IMG/VR virus record: IMGVR_UViG_3300022377_000098 | Location: 1 to 64,000 of that record | DNA length: 64,000 nt | Strand: one strand, 5' to 3' | Origin: a virus | Taxonomy: Duplodnaviria; Caudoviricetes | In this document: positions 1 to 10,594 of the stretch, one piece after another | How the letters are laid out: every line of letters begins with the position of its first letter | Position numbering within the stretch: the first letter of the stretch is position 1 | Program-made: the position numbers and the translations under genes | Notes under the pieces: generated by a model | Seen by the model: the letters and a program-made list of their open reading frames with translations, nothing else | The model's database searches: none | Told to the model about the DNA's origin: nothing

Positions 1-28
1 ATGTTTACTGGGCTTCCGAGGATTTTTT

Positions 29-54
29 CTTTGGAGCAGAAGACGGGAATCGAA
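29..54 (-). repeat. att core (distal end of prophage 1); 3' end of tRNA-Gly from T-loop to CCA
   Basis: Identical to 23657-23682; reverse complement reads TTCGATTCCCGTCTTCTGCTCCA. Confidence 0.9.
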
Positions 55-169
55 TTATTAATCAGACTGTTTTTTATCAATTCTTTCGCTTCAGAAGTGC
101 TTAAGCCGCGCGAAATCACTGGCTTATTTTGTTTTTATAATTTTTCGTTTTCCAACGTTCCTGAAATTC

Positions 170-203
170 TAAAGGGTATTTTAAAGGGTAAATTTTAAGG
201 GTA
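170..203 (+). promoter_or_regulatory. Putative integrase arm-binding repeats
   Basis: TAAAGGGTA/TAAGGGTA three times near one att end; the same motif occurs twice at 23580-23600 near the other end. Confidence 0.6.
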
Positions 204-385
204 TTGGCAAATGGTTAGACCGGAACCATAAGAGCAGCTAGCTAACAAAGGACCCCCTGAAGCAATCACTTCCGACGGTTCACTTTTTGATATTATGCAT
301 GACCACATATCGTCATGTTTTATCTACATTCATGCGGATTCGAGGATTATCAATTCTGTATAAGTCCTATAATTACACTCGGGTC

Positions 386-427
386 AAAAGAAACCGCTTA
401 GGAATGCAATCTAAGCGGTATTTTTAT
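386..427 (+). terminator. Rho-independent terminator-like hairpin
   Basis: ACCGCTTAG-loop-CTAAGCGGT followed by ATTTTT. Confidence 0.55.
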
Positions 428-583
428 GCCTTTTGACCACTAAAGGGTTGTGGTGGAAAGGGGATGTGTTTTGACTCGGAGTCAAGAGACCGTGAGTTCA
501 AGTAACTTTGTGCATGTGCACAAGGGTAGGTTTTACTTAAAAATGAGTAAAATCCTAAAACCTGCTCATTTTGAACAAAAGGA

Positions 584-615
584 AAAAGGGTGTCGGAAAT
601 TCCGATGTCCTTTTA
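584..615 (-). terminator. Bidirectional terminator ending the prophage 1 late operon
   Basis: AAAAAGGGTGTCGGAAATTCCGATGTCCTTTT directly after the last tail gene. Confidence 0.7.
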
Positions 616-629
616 ATTTTAGCTTTTTT

Positions 630-2609
630 TTAATAATCACAGCTTGTAATTCTACCATCTTCACTTGTGGTAATGTGTAATACTCCGTTAATTCCCTGCA
701 CGTTTATAGGGTTGCTGGATGGACGATACAAACCATCCGATGGCAGCACATTCCTGCCGTTAACTGTAACGCCATCAGAATTGATTTCTAATCGACTATT
801 ACTGGCAGACAGCACAATTCTTGTTCCGTTGCCTGCCAGCGAAATGTTTGCCTCACCTTCGCCATTAATCCCTTGCGTCTGGATTGACAGCGAATTCCCG
901 CTTCCCGGTACTGGAATTTGCAGGCCGCTATGATATGTACTGCCGCTGCCATCTGGAATACCTGTATAGATATTCACATATCGCTTTGCCATTAAGCTAA
1001 AATCATTGTTTCCGTATGAGCCTATAATTCCGCATGGTGTGCCTTTTGTGCTGATTTCCATGCCGTCCATGCTGTATCCAAAGAGATCCTGACCGCCCAT
1101 TGTAGCACTGAAACTGCTGCCCTTGCCTATCAGCTTTGTAACTGCAGCTTCTCCAGTATCCAAATCAAAGTAGATGCTGTCATCCGCAGATTTCAGCCGT
1201 CCTGCCGTAATATCACCAGCGACAATTTGCAGAGCATATATAAATTTTCCCAAGATGTGGCCATCCATTGTAATGGCGGTTTCATACGGACCGTTTATGC
1301 CGTTGCTGCTGTACCCGAATCCATTGATATTCCACCGCCAAACGTGCACGGCGGTGTTAATGTCTTCCGTGTCCATAATCAGGATTTCCTGCGGCTTTTT
1401 ATCTGCGTCCGTTTTAATGACAACGTGCCCTCCCTTAGCACCGGTAATCAAGCCTGTAGCTTTGCTGACCGCGCCATCAATCAGGGATTGTACCGACTGC
1501 GGCACTTTTGCAATCTGCTGCTGCAACTGTGTGTAACTGTCTACAAAATTACTTTTTGCGTCTCCCAACTCTGCTTCATCCACACGCTCTTGCAGCACAT
1601 TGTAGGTGATTTTGTTGACGCGCGCTTTTGCATCCACGCCTAGCCGGTCAAAACGCACGGTCACGGTGTCGCACAGATTCACACGTTCCAGCAGTGGGTT
1701 TCCCGCGTATTCCGGCAGCATCCAAAGTGGCACATACTTAATGGTAAGTGACACTTTCGGTACACCTACATCATTGTTTTTTATGTACTGCTCTGCATAC
1801 TCTTTCAGCTTATCTTCTGAAATGGCTGGCTGTGAATCACCGTCACTTTTAAACTTGTCTGAAAAATCGACAAGTAGTGCTTTTGGGCGGGCAAATTTAT
1901 CCGCATTCGGGGCGTTGACGTATTTGCCGGACAAGTAGTGGTATGCGTCCACACCGTCGCTGCTGGTCTTGACGTATGGCACGACGCAGGTATAGGTGCT
2001 GTCAATAGTTTCGTCCTGTGTCAGGTCAGTGAGATTCTTGCCGTACTCCACCGTTACCCCGTTATCGCGCCCACGGTGGGCGTGCAGTATAACCGTGTAA
2101 TTATCCCATTCGTATTCGCCGCCGAACGTGTCCAGAACAGATCCATCCGTGCCACCCATAATTTCACGGACGTTATGCGGCCCCGCAAATTTTACCGCAT
2201 TGCTTCCGGTAATATCAGATACAACCTCAAATTTGTGACTGAATGTGGCTTTGCTGAACAAATCCTGCAAAACCGTTCCGGCAGAACCGGAGCAGTTAAA
2301 ATCCAGTACTGGATTTCCGGCCAGTTCATAACTGATATGTTCCGCGTACACTGTGATTATCTGGTTTAGCGGTTTCGTAATGTGGTAAATCCGAAACAAC
2401 TGTGGATTAGCGGTGTCGTTTGGCTTTGCTTTGATGATGCACTGGTTTTTAATGCTGTCATACAGCTGACCGCCTACCGGATAAGTCATTTCCAATTCAT
2501 AGGGGCCATTGCGCTCCTCGGTCACCGTACAGGTGAGCACATCTGTTAAGCATCCCAACCCGTCAGAATCAAATTCATTGGTATCCAGTTTGTATAAAAT
2601 AGGTATCAT
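630..2609 (-). CDS. Phage tail spike / tail endopeptidase (Tal-like) with C-terminal extension
   Basis: N-terminus MIPILY..GLGCLTD..C.V.EERNG.YELEM.YP is typical of prophage tail endopeptidases; follows the Dit gene. Confidence 0.85.
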   Translation of the reverse strand: MIPILYKLDTNEFDSDGLGCLTDVLTCTVTEERNGPYELEMTYPVGGQLYDSIKNQCIIKAKPNDTANPQLFRIYHITKPLNQIITVYAEHISYELAGNPVLDFNCSGSAGTVLQDLFSKATFSHKFEVVSDITGSNAVKFAGPHNVREIMGGTDGSVLDTFGGEYEWDNYTVILHAHRGRDNGVTVEYGKNLTDLTQDETIDSTYTCVVPYVKTSSDGVDAYHYLSGKYVNAPNADKFARPKALLVDFSDKFKSDGDSQPAISEDKLKEYAEQYIKNNDVGVPKVSLTIKYVPLWMLPEYAGNPLLERVNLCDTVTVRFDRLGVDAKARVNKITYNVLQERVDEAELGDAKSNFVDSYTQLQQQIAKVPQSVQSLIDGAVSKATGLITGAKGGHVVIKTDADKKPQEILIMDTEDINTAVHVWRWNINGFGYSSNGINGPYETAITMDGHILGKFIYALQIVAGDITAGRLKSADDSIYFDLDTGEAAVTKLIGKGSSFSATMGGQDLFGYSMDGMEISTKGTPCGIIGSYGNNDFSLMAKRYVNIYTGIPDGSGSTYHSGLQIPVPGSGNSLSIQTQGINGEGEANISLAGNGTRIVLSASNSRLEINSDGVTVNGRNVLPSDGLYRPSSNPINVQGINGVLHITTSEDGRITSCDY

Positions 2610-3382
2610 AGTGTACACCACCTCGGAGTTATCATAACATTGTCACATCCTGAATAGCGAATCCCGCAATCACCGGGCGGCAGTTCTGGATAGCCATCAC
2701 CATGCTTGCTTCCAGAAAGATTTTGCGTACCCTTGTAAATCTGCATCCGTTCGCTGTCAATAGTGGCATTTCCATCAACAGCAATCGTCCATGACCGGTC
2801 ACCGACTTCAAGTGTGGCTGTTCCGTTCCCTAGAATTTCAATTAACGGTTTCGCTGTGAATGGGAATGGATTGTTTAAAACAGTGCCACTTTGTACTGTT
2901 TGCGGTTCCATGCCCCTTATGGAATAAGCAAAAGGTTTGCAGTCAAAGGAAAGTGTCTGTTTTAAAATGGTGTTTGCTTCTGCATTAGCATTAAACTCAC
3001 CTTTAAAACGTCCATACCGAACAAAAAGTGTATCATAAGTGTCCCATAGTGGACGGTATACGCCCGGTTGACTTTGCAGCCATCCTTTTATAGAATGTGC
3101 CCATGCGTATTGACTGGAATATTTGCATACATGAGGATTTATGTAGTTGTTGGCAGGGGACATATAAGACCATGTATCATAAGATACAGTAACATTCTTA
3201 AAATAGCCTTTGTCGATTAATAGGGAGCCATCCCGTCCGGGGATGCTTACCTCTTCAACGTCACGCTCTGCACCGCTTATCTGTGGCGGTGCTTCAATAA
3301 CAATCCCATAATTGTAGGACGGTTCACCCCCAAAATTGAAACTATTGATAATTCCGTCAAACCACCGATGTGTAATTTCCAT
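2606..3382 (-). CDS. Distal tail protein (Dit-like)
   Basis: Lies after the TMP; motifs VSIPGRDG, F.CKPFAY, N.....AKPLI.I.G.G and terminal ITPRWCTL. Confidence 0.8.
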   Translation of the reverse strand: MEITHRWFDGIINSFNFGGEPSYNYGIVIEAPPQISGAERDVEEVSIPGRDGSLLIDKGYFKNVTVSYDTWSYMSPANNYINPHVCKYSSQYAWAHSIKGWLQSQPGVYRPLWDTYDTLFVRYGRFKGEFNANAEANTILKQTLSFDCKPFAYSIRGMEPQTVQSGTVLNNPFPFTAKPLIEILGNGTATLEVGDRSWTIAVDGNATIDSERMQIYKGTQNLSGSKHGDGYPELPPGDCGIRYSGCDNVMITPRWCTL

Positions 3383-6158
3383 ATGCTGCCGCCCTTCTGC
3401 GCTGTAAAAAATCTAATTCTTCGCCTATTTGCTGTGCTGTACGCTTTGGATTGTTGATGTCCTGTGCATACACATTAATGTTGTACTGTGGCTGCACAGT
3501 GGCAGCAGTTGACTGCGTATTCTGTGCGGGGCTTCCCGCATAATACCCGGTCCCAATATTTGCAGTTACTGGTACATTTGCCGTAAGGCCGTTAATGGAC
3601 TGGTGCAGACTGTCTGACATGGTGCTTGTTACGCTCTGCATATTGTTTGCAAAGCCCTGCCCGATACCCAGCACCATGTTTTTACCGACAACGTCAGCCA
3701 TTACGCGGGACGGAGAGTGGATACCCAAGGCACTTTTGATGCCATTTACGATGCCATTGCAGAATCCAGTAATCTGATTCCATAGCCAACCTGCTGCACC
3801 ACTGATACCGTTCCAAATTCCGGTAACAATGTTTCTGCCGATGTCCAGCATTTTACCGGGTATGGACTGGAAAAAACCCACAATGCTGCTGACAATGCGT
3901 GGAAAATTAGATGCAATAAATGAACCCATGTTTCCAATCCATGTTCCGATGTTGGTTACAATCTTGCAGAGTTCAGTCCAAATCCTCCCCGGAAGCTGCT
4001 GGAAGAACGAAACAACTGATTGAACGAAACGTGGGAAATTAGAAGCAACATAGGAAATGCAGTTGCCGCCCCATGTCGTAACTTTTGTAAACGCCTGTAC
4101 AAGGAAATTCCATATCTTTCCCGGAAGCTGACTAAAGAATGTGCCAATATTATTTATCAGCTGCGGAATTGCTTGACCAGCCCACGCGATTGCATCCGCA
4201 CCAAATTTAATCAGTTTGCCGATTGCAAATCCCAATGCATAGCCGATATTTTCAGGCAGCTTCATAAACCACGTTTTCAAATTATTGAGAAAATTCGGAA
4301 TGCCCTGCGTAAAGAATGTTACAATGCTATTCCAAAAACTTTGAAGCGCAGTTGTGATTGTAGTCCACAAACCGGAAAAGAACTGCGGAAGCGTTTGAAA
4401 AAACGTAACAACCGACTTGACCGCATTGACAATGCCATGGAATATTGTCCCGAAAAATGTGCCAATCGTACTGAAGAAAGCTTTAATGCCGTTCCAGATG
4501 TTTATAACGGCGGTACGGAATCCAGTATTTGTATCCCACAAGTGCTTTATTGCAACTACAGCTACACCAATAATTGCGATTACCGCACCAACTGGATTCA
4601 TCAGCATCCCCACCACTTTTACGATTGAACCTATTGCCGTTATCATCTTTCCGGCTATTAGCAGCGCAGGCCCCACCGCTGCAACCACGGCTGCTATTTT
4701 CACAATTTGCTGCTGTTGCCCTGCTGAAAGTGCAGAAAACTTATCTACCAACTTCCCAATGAGAGTAGCGATTTTTGTAATTGTGGGCGCTAATGCGGTT
4801 TGAATTTTAATAGCGGCTGTTTCTAATGAACCTTTCATCTGCTCGATTGCGCCTTTTGTATTGCCTTGCATTGTAGTAGCCATCTGCTGCGCTGCGCCAT
4901 TGGAGTTTTTTAGTGCAGATGTTAATTGATTAAGGTTGCCACTCCCATCTTTGAGTAATACTTGCATTCCACTCAAAGCATCTGTACCCATAATGGTTGC
5001 AATCTTCTGGTCGCGTTGCTGGTCTGTCAACCCTTTTGTTTTTGTACCCAACTCTTGTATAATTGTTGACAATGATTTCATTTTGCCAGATGAATCATAA
5101 GCAGAAAACCCAATACTGCTCATTGCGTCCGCTGCCGTACTGGATGGATTCATAAGATTTGTTAATGCGCCGCGCAAAGTAGTACCTGCCTGTTCGCCTT
5201 TGATACCGGAGTCAGCCATTTCACCAATTGCAGCGGTAACTTGTTCTAAACTCCATCCTGCATTCTGCGCAACAGGTGCAATGTACTTCATGGCTGCACC
5301 TGTATCCGCAACAGCGGCATTTGTCTTAGCAGCATTTTGTGCTAACACGTCTGCAACGTGTCCTGCATCACTAGCAGCCAAGCCAAAACCTCTTAAAGTA
5401 GATGCAGCAATATCAGATGATGTCGCTAAATCTTCTCCACTGGACGCTGCAAGGTTAAGCATGCCCGGCATTGCTTCCATAATTTCTTTTGTGGAAAATC
5501 CTGCGGATGCAAGGTTTTCCATGCCTTGTGCAACTTCACCCGCACTATAAGCTGTGCTCTGCCCTAAATCAAGCGCTTGCTGTCTTAATTTATCAAAGTC
5601 ACTGCCTGTTGCACCACTGATCGCTTTAACTCTGCTCATTTGTGCTTCAAAGTTGTCGCCTACTGTAACGGCGGCTGTACCAATAGCAAGAACAGAACCA
5701 GTAACAGGCAAAAGTTTTTCACCCATGCCGCTGATTTTATCACCGGTATTTTTAACTTTTTCACCTGCAAGCTGAAACTTTTGCCCTGCAACAGAGCCAA
5801 ACTCGCTCGCCTGCTTTTTCAGACTTTTTAGCTTATCCTCGGTTTGCTCAATTTCACGCTCAAAGGCACGGTACTTTTCTTCCCCAAGGTTTCCGCTTTC
5901 AAACTGCTGCTTTACCTGCGACTCCACAGATTTCAGCTGTTCAAGCTTTTGCTTAGTTGCGTCAATGGATTCTTTCAGAACCTTTTGCTTTTGCGCAAGC
6001 AGTTCCGTGCTACCGGGGTTAAACTTCAACTGCGTGTTAATCTGCTTCAGCTCACTTTGCAGACTGTAAGTTTCTTTGTTGACATCTTTCATAGCCGTTG
6101 AAAGCTTCGTGGTGTCGCCGCCAATTTCAACGGTAATGCCCTTTATGTTATTTGCCAT
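3357..6158 (-). CDS. Tape measure protein (TP901 family)
   Basis: MANNIKGITVEIGGDTT start, FEAQMSRVKAISGATG core and Trp/Phe-periodic repeats. Confidence 0.92.
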   Translation of the reverse strand: MANNIKGITVEIGGDTTKLSTAMKDVNKETYSLQSELKQINTQLKFNPGSTELLAQKQKVLKESIDATKQKLEQLKSVESQVKQQFESGNLGEEKYRAFEREIEQTEDKLKSLKKQASEFGSVAGQKFQLAGEKVKNTGDKISGMGEKLLPVTGSVLAIGTAAVTVGDNFEAQMSRVKAISGATGSDFDKLRQQALDLGQSTAYSAGEVAQGMENLASAGFSTKEIMEAMPGMLNLAASSGEDLATSSDIAASTLRGFGLAASDAGHVADVLAQNAAKTNAAVADTGAAMKYIAPVAQNAGWSLEQVTAAIGEMADSGIKGEQAGTTLRGALTNLMNPSSTAADAMSSIGFSAYDSSGKMKSLSTIIQELGTKTKGLTDQQRDQKIATIMGTDALSGMQVLLKDGSGNLNQLTSALKNSNGAAQQMATTMQGNTKGAIEQMKGSLETAAIKIQTALAPTITKIATLIGKLVDKFSALSAGQQQQIVKIAAVVAAVGPALLIAGKMITAIGSIVKVVGMLMNPVGAVIAIIGVAVVAIKHLWDTNTGFRTAVINIWNGIKAFFSTIGTFFGTIFHGIVNAVKSVVTFFQTLPQFFSGLWTTITTALQSFWNSIVTFFTQGIPNFLNNLKTWFMKLPENIGYALGFAIGKLIKFGADAIAWAGQAIPQLINNIGTFFSQLPGKIWNFLVQAFTKVTTWGGNCISYVASNFPRFVQSVVSFFQQLPGRIWTELCKIVTNIGTWIGNMGSFIASNFPRIVSSIVGFFQSIPGKMLDIGRNIVTGIWNGISGAAGWLWNQITGFCNGIVNGIKSALGIHSPSRVMADVVGKNMVLGIGQGFANNMQSVTSTMSDSLHQSINGLTANVPVTANIGTGYYAGSPAQNTQSTAATVQPQYNINVYAQDINNPKRTAQQIGEELDFLQRRRAAAYGNYTSVV

Positions 6159-6229
6159 AAATTCTATCATCTCTGCTTTCATTCAAAATAAGGCTGTCTC
6201 CAACTACAGGAGCCAGCCCTATCAATCCA

Positions 6230-6840
6230 TTATTTCTGCCCGAACAGTTTGCGAAGTGTTTCTCTGTCCGGCTCTGTCTGCTGCTGCACCCAGCAGCGTT
6301 CCAGCCAGTCACGGCCATCCTCTGTCATAGACGCATTGTAAATCACAGCATCCCGCAGATACAGCCAAAACACAAATACATTCAGCTTGTCAAGCTGTGC
6401 AAAATTCATGCCGGTAAACCGCTGCACAAGCTTTCTGTCCAGAGTGGATATGCTGTAATGCCCCTCCGCTTCGTTTACGTCCCCATGGCAAGAGGGAGGG
6501 GCTAATTCTTTTTTGTGTCAGCCATCCAAGTAAAAAATGCGTCAAGCAAACCGTTCAGTTCGTCAAAATCCATTGCTTCAATGTATTCCCGCGGAATTTT
6601 AAAACCAGCTTTGTTGCTGTCAAGCAGCTTTTCCACAGATTCCCGCAGGGCTTTAATTACGTCTTTTTCACTGTCTGCGTTACCAACACCGTTTACGGAC
6701 TCCATCAAATCTTCCATGACTTTCAGCTTCGGCGGCTTGACTTCAACCGTTGTGGTGTGGTCTTGCCCATCCTCATCTGTAACGTGCAATTTCACCGAAA
6801 AATAACGGCGCTTAATTGCGGATACGTCATACATAATCAA
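6230..6840 (-). CDS. Tail assembly chaperone, long form via -1 frameshift
   Basis: Slippery A AAA AAG at 6514-6508 just before the TAG of the short ORF; the -1 frame stays open into ORF 6230..6427. Confidence 0.75.
6502..6840 (-). CDS. Tail assembly chaperone, short form
   Basis: 112 aa between major tail protein and TMP; ends in TAG. Confidence 0.8.
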   Translation of the reverse strand: MIMYDVSAIKRRYFSVKLHVTDEDGQDHTTTVEVKPPKLKVMEDLMESVNGVGNADSEKDVIKALRESVEKLLDSNKAGFKIPREYIEAMDFDELNGLLDAFFTWMADTKKN

Positions 6841-7424
6841 GCACCTACCTTAGTTTCGGTAGTTGCGGCTGTAGTGGTAGGCAGCGTTTCATCATAAATA
6901 ATTAGCGTACCTTCGCCATCGCTCGGCTGTGCCTTTACCTCAATGTCCATGTTTCCGGAATCGTCAGCCTTAAAGCCCAGTTTGAAGCCGCCGGACTGCG
7001 TACCAACCACTGTCAGACGAACATCTCCATACTGTGCATCTTTGTGAACGAATCGAAACAGGTACAAAGTGTTGTCCACATTGCCAAGGCCGCCAATTTT
7101 TACAACGCGGTGCCCGGGCTTTGTGGATTCATCCACACGGGCAGTCGGGGCAAATTTTTTGAAGTCGAAGCTGCTCCACGCAATCATGGAAGCTTTCAGC
7201 GTGGCTTCTTCGGCCGTTACAGCGTCGCGCACATATACGCCCAAATCATCCTTGAACTCTTTGATGGTCGGCTTGTACTCGCATTCAGCACCTTTTTCAA
7301 TGCCGCCCATCAGATTATCTGCCGTTTCGATAACAGAATCTTCCGGGACTTTTCCCGATGTAAATGCAACTGCGTAAAGCTTGCCGCTTCCCAGCGGGAT
7401 ATGAATATTTTTATTGTCAGCCAT
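6837..7424 (-). CDS. Major tail protein
   Basis: 195 aa, I.LGSGKLY start, G...GG....YKP motif; position in tail module. Confidence 0.8.
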   Translation of the reverse strand: MADNKNIHIPLGSGKLYAVAFTSGKVPEDSVIETADNLMGGIEKGAECEYKPTIKEFKDDLGVYVRDAVTAEEATLKASMIAWSSFDFKKFAPTARVDESTKPGHRVVKIGGLGNVDNTLYLFRFVHKDAQYGDVRLTVVGTQSGGFKLGFKADDSGNMDIEVKAQPSDGEGTLIIYDETLPTTTAATTETKVGA

Positions 7425-7426
7425 AG

Positions 7427-7747
7427 TTAAACCCTCTCATTAATTTCAAAGCTGTATATTGTTTCAAACATTGCTTCATTCGAAAGCCATATTTGTTCAC
7501 GGCGGTATTTCACAGCCGCATCATTCAGCAGTTTTTCAAGTGCTTCTCCGTATTCACTGCTGTCTGAATAACGTTCCACAGTAACCGAATGCTTGTACAG
7601 ACTGTTTTTTAAGTCCTCGCCGCCTGCTGTTGTGTTATCGAAATAACAGATATATGGAAGCAGCGGTGCATCATCCGGTAGGAAGCAGGTCTTTGCAACT
7701 GGTTCCCCCGTCTGCTCCAGCCATGCCTGAATATCAAGCATTTTCAA
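7427..7747 (-). CDS. Tail terminator / tail completion protein
   Basis: 106 aa in the head-tail module; P.LPYICY motif. Confidence 0.65.
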   Translation of the reverse strand: MKMLDIQAWLEQTGEPVAKTCFLPDDAPLLPYICYFDNTTAGGEDLKNSLYKHSVTVERYSDSSEYGEALEKLLNDAAVKYRREQIWLSNEAMFETIYSFEINERV

Positions 7748-8138
7748 TCACTTCTCTTATACGCTTTTCAACTGCCGCGTTTGCTTTTTCCTCATTCGGC
7801 TTAATATGTACAATGGCTTCAACCCGCCCGCCATTGCGCTTGGCATGCCCATTTTCCAGCAGGTGCGTCAGCTGATAGTCAGTAGAATTGTGCACAGTAC
7901 AGGTCACAGAAAGCGGCGTTTCAGCCGTTTGCACTTTCCAGCCGCGCTTATACTTTCCGCCGCCCTTTTTCCGAACCGGGCTGTCTGCCTTAATGCCCTC
8001 GCAACACTCCGCTGCGGTTGCTTTGACAGCTGCTTTGGTACCGTCAATTACTTTATCGGTATAGCCTGCCAGTACTGCCGAAATGGTCGCTCCCAGATTG
8101 TCCGCACTGCATTTTATATTGTCAGCCATGCTGTTCAC
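7734..8138 (-). CDS. HK97 gp10-like neck protein
   Basis: SPVR..G.Y..GW and YQLTHLLENGH..RNGGRV motifs. Confidence 0.8.
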   Translation of the reverse strand: MNSMADNIKCSADNLGATISAVLAGYTDKVIDGTKAAVKATAAECCEGIKADSPVRKKGGGKYKRGWKVQTAETPLSVTCTVHNSTDYQLTHLLENGHAKRNGGRVEAIVHIKPNEEKANAAVEKRIREVIENA

Positions 8139-8433
8139 CTTTTTTCATAGTCAGGTACAGTTCCACTGTGTCACCTTTAAAATAGGTACGATACACGGTG
8201 TAACGCCCAGCGGCAAGCTGTGGACTTCCGATATACTGCACAATGGTTTCGCCCGCATAGTCCTCTGCGTGAACTGCAGCACGGGCGGAAGGCTTTATGC
8301 TATTTTGCCGTGCATTTGCGTCCTCTGTACCGGTAACACTGCTAATATCGCAAAACGCAGTTCGTGCCGTTTCATTCGCTGTACTGCCGGTATATGTACG
8401 CTTAACCAGCGTGATTTCATCCGAAAAATACAA
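8122..8433 (-). CDS. Head closure / head-tail adaptor protein
   Basis: 103 aa; Y.VYRTY..GD.VELY motif; synteny. Confidence 0.7.
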   Translation of the reverse strand: MYFSDEITLVKRTYTGSTANETARTAFCDISSVTGTEDANARQNSIKPSARAAVHAEDYAGETIVQYIGSPQLAAGRYTVYRTYFKGDTVELYLTMKKGEQHG

Positions 8434-8494
8434 GTGGCTGTTTCCTCCCCTATCACGACTTACCGGGCACTGCCCGGCAGTATCGTGATTTGAT

Positions 8495-8788
8495 TTATTC
8501 CGGCTGCCGCATCTTGCGAATGCCGTCAGCCATCAATAAGTAGTCTTCACGGTTTCGGTCTGCATCGTCGCCGTTAATGCCAAACTGCCAGCGGGCAAAG
8601 CAGCGAACAGCGCCAAGAATCAGCGGATTGGCTTCATCTTCTGCAACTGCTTCCGCTACTCCCAGCCGCTCCAAATCAGCGCGGCACTGCTGCACAATAT
8701 CGGTCAGTTCTGCATCAACATGCGTTCCGCTGCTTCGGCGAACCGCAAAGCGGACTTTATCCAGATATTCAGGAGTTACCGCTTTCAT
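8495..8788 (-). CDS. Head-tail connector (gp6-like)
   Basis: 97 aa after the capsid gene; D.EL..I...CRADL.RLGV. Confidence 0.7.
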   Translation of the reverse strand: MKAVTPEYLDKVRFAVRRSSGTHVDAELTDIVQQCRADLERLGVAEAVAEDEANPLILGAVRCFARWQFGINGDDADRNREDYLLMADGIRKMRQPE

Positions 8789-8798
8789 TGGCTATGCC

Positions 8799-9935
8799 TC
8801 ACTTGCCGGAAGCTGCTGCCGCCTGCTTAATAATCTGCATACCGTGATATACAGCAAGGTCAGCATTTGCAGTTGCAAGGCCGCGAACCGCCATCAGATT
8901 CTTTGCAAAATACTCGCCGCCCTCATCAGTGGAAACTTCATAATCACCCCACATCGGCATTTTAATAGCTTTCGGCTGCCCATAAAGCTGGGTACCATCT
9001 GTCAGACTGGAATTGATAGAAAATGGCACACTCAAACCACCATCTGTAATAGTGCCATTGTTTTCATCTGTGAATTTAATATCGTACAGCGCACGCTTTT
9101 CATTTGTGCCGCGAACCTTGCCCAGCGTGTACAGGTCACCTTTTGTAAGGTACAGCTTTGTGCCGCCGCCAACGGATTCATCCGAACCAAAACCAAGTAC
9201 AACATTACGCAGATAGTCCGCATCCAGTGCAATACCGTTTCGGGTTTCAGCAAGCGCAGAAGCCAGAACAGCCGCAACAATCTTTGCTTTTGCGGTACGG
9301 CGCAGAGCCGTGCGGGCACTGTTTTCCACATTTGCGGCATAGTTCACGTTTGTCATCTTAGCAACCTGATTGCTGATAGTGTCCACAATACCCCAAGTGG
9401 CCGGGTTAATGGTAACGTAATCATAATCCGCTCCGGTTCCAGTAACAGCGCTGCCATCCGTCACATCTGCTGCGATGGCATCCGTCTTTTTATACGGGAT
9501 TTTCCAAGAGCCGGTACCGGTCGCGTCAATCGCTTCAACATCATCCACAATGGAAGATACAGCCTGCGACAGGTCGCCAATGGTTTCAGAAATGCCAGCA
9601 GGTGCTGCGATTTTGCCGGTAGCAAGTACAGAACGCTGCTCAATGCTCATATGTCCAGTACTGCGGAAAACATCTGCACGCTTCTCAATTCCGGACTTCT
9701 CAGCGGCACGGCTCTGCGGGACTTTTCCGGGCTTCAGCTGGTCGGTCAAATCCATGTGGGAACGAATCTCTTTTTCCTCCGAGGCCAGCGCATCCGCTTC
9801 TGTTTTGATTGCCTGCATACGCTCTGTGGTAGCAGTCAGTTTGCCATCATCGCCTCGCTTTTCAACCTCTGTGCGAAGTGCTGTTTTACGGCTTTCGATT
9901 TCTTTCAAACGTTCCATTTCGGTTGTCATAATCAA
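8799..9935 (-). CDS. Major capsid protein (HK97 fold)
   Basis: 378 aa with coiled-coil delta domain; between protease and connector. Confidence 0.85.
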   Translation of the reverse strand: MIMTTEMERLKEIESRKTALRTEVEKRGDDGKLTATTERMQAIKTEADALASEEKEIRSHMDLTDQLKPGKVPQSRAAEKSGIEKRADVFRSTGHMSIEQRSVLATGKIAAPAGISETIGDLSQAVSSIVDDVEAIDATGTGSWKIPYKKTDAIAADVTDGSAVTGTGADYDYVTINPATWGIVDTISNQVAKMTNVNYAANVENSARTALRRTAKAKIVAAVLASALAETRNGIALDADYLRNVVLGFGSDESVGGGTKLYLTKGDLYTLGKVRGTNEKRALYDIKFTDENNGTITDGGLSVPFSINSSLTDGTQLYGQPKAIKMPMWGDYEVSTDEGGEYFAKNLMAVRGLATANADLAVYHGMQIIKQAAAASGK

Positions 9936-9961
9936 ATTACCTCATTTTTCAATAAAATTGT

Positions 9962-10594
9962 TTACAGGCTCAAAAGTACACCGCACTCTGCGGCCAGTTT
10001 CTCACGTTCTGCCAGATTATCAGCAAACTCCTGCTGCTCTTCTGCGGCTCTCCGCTCGCAGTAGCTTCTGGCGCTTATATTGGTAGCCGGGTTTGCAGGA
10101 ATGGAAACAGCGGATACATCATACACTTTGCCGATTTTCAAAATTGTGCGTGTGTGTGTAGCTGCATCGTAGCTGTCCGCATTCACTGTAAAAGCCCAAC
10201 TCATGCCCTGAATCAGTCCGGCGGAAATATCATTAAAGATGTTCCGTGCCGCATCGCTTTTGGATAGGTCAGCGGCTACAAAAATGCCGTGCGGGTCGCT
10301 CGGGTCAACCAGCAGCGTATGATTGCTCTGCCGCGCCAATACGCGTCCCTCGTGGTCGTACTGCATAATCACATCTGACAAATCTGCTTCGTCTAATGCG
10401 TGCCGGTCAATCTGCTCTTTATAGTCCACACCGTCAATGCTGCCCAGCACATAAGGCTGGTTGTATGTAGTGGCATAACCCTCCACATAATTTTCTGTGT
10501 CAAACTTTTTATCTGCACCATCTGTCGGTGCAGCAAGAATCTGCATGACACGGTATTCACGTTCTTTCGGTTTAAACGGCATTCTCGCCATCAT
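9962..10594 (-). CDS. HK97-family prohead protease
   Basis: VEGYATTYN, YDHEG.VLAR, GMSWAF, VYDVSAVSIPANP motifs. Confidence 0.9.
   Translation of the reverse strand: MMARMPFKPKEREYRVMQILAAPTDGADKKFDTENYVEGYATTYNQPYVLGSIDGVDYKEQIDRHALDEADLSDVIMQYDHEGRVLARQSNHTLLVDPSDPHGIFVAADLSKSDAARNIFNDISAGLIQGMSWAFTVNADSYDAATHTRTILKIGKVYDVSAVSIPANPATNISARSYCERRAAEEQQEFADNLAEREKLAAECGVLLSL

Noticed and set aside
1-680. ORFs 1..198 and 450..680 as genes, or a hidden lysis gene here
   Set aside because: They span the att site, arm repeats and terminators, with no RBS or recognisable motifs; no holin- or endolysin-like ORF is evident even allowing TAG readthrough.
8577-10064. 495-aa plus-strand ORF
   Set aside because: Antisense shadow of the capsid and protease genes; no recognisable domain.
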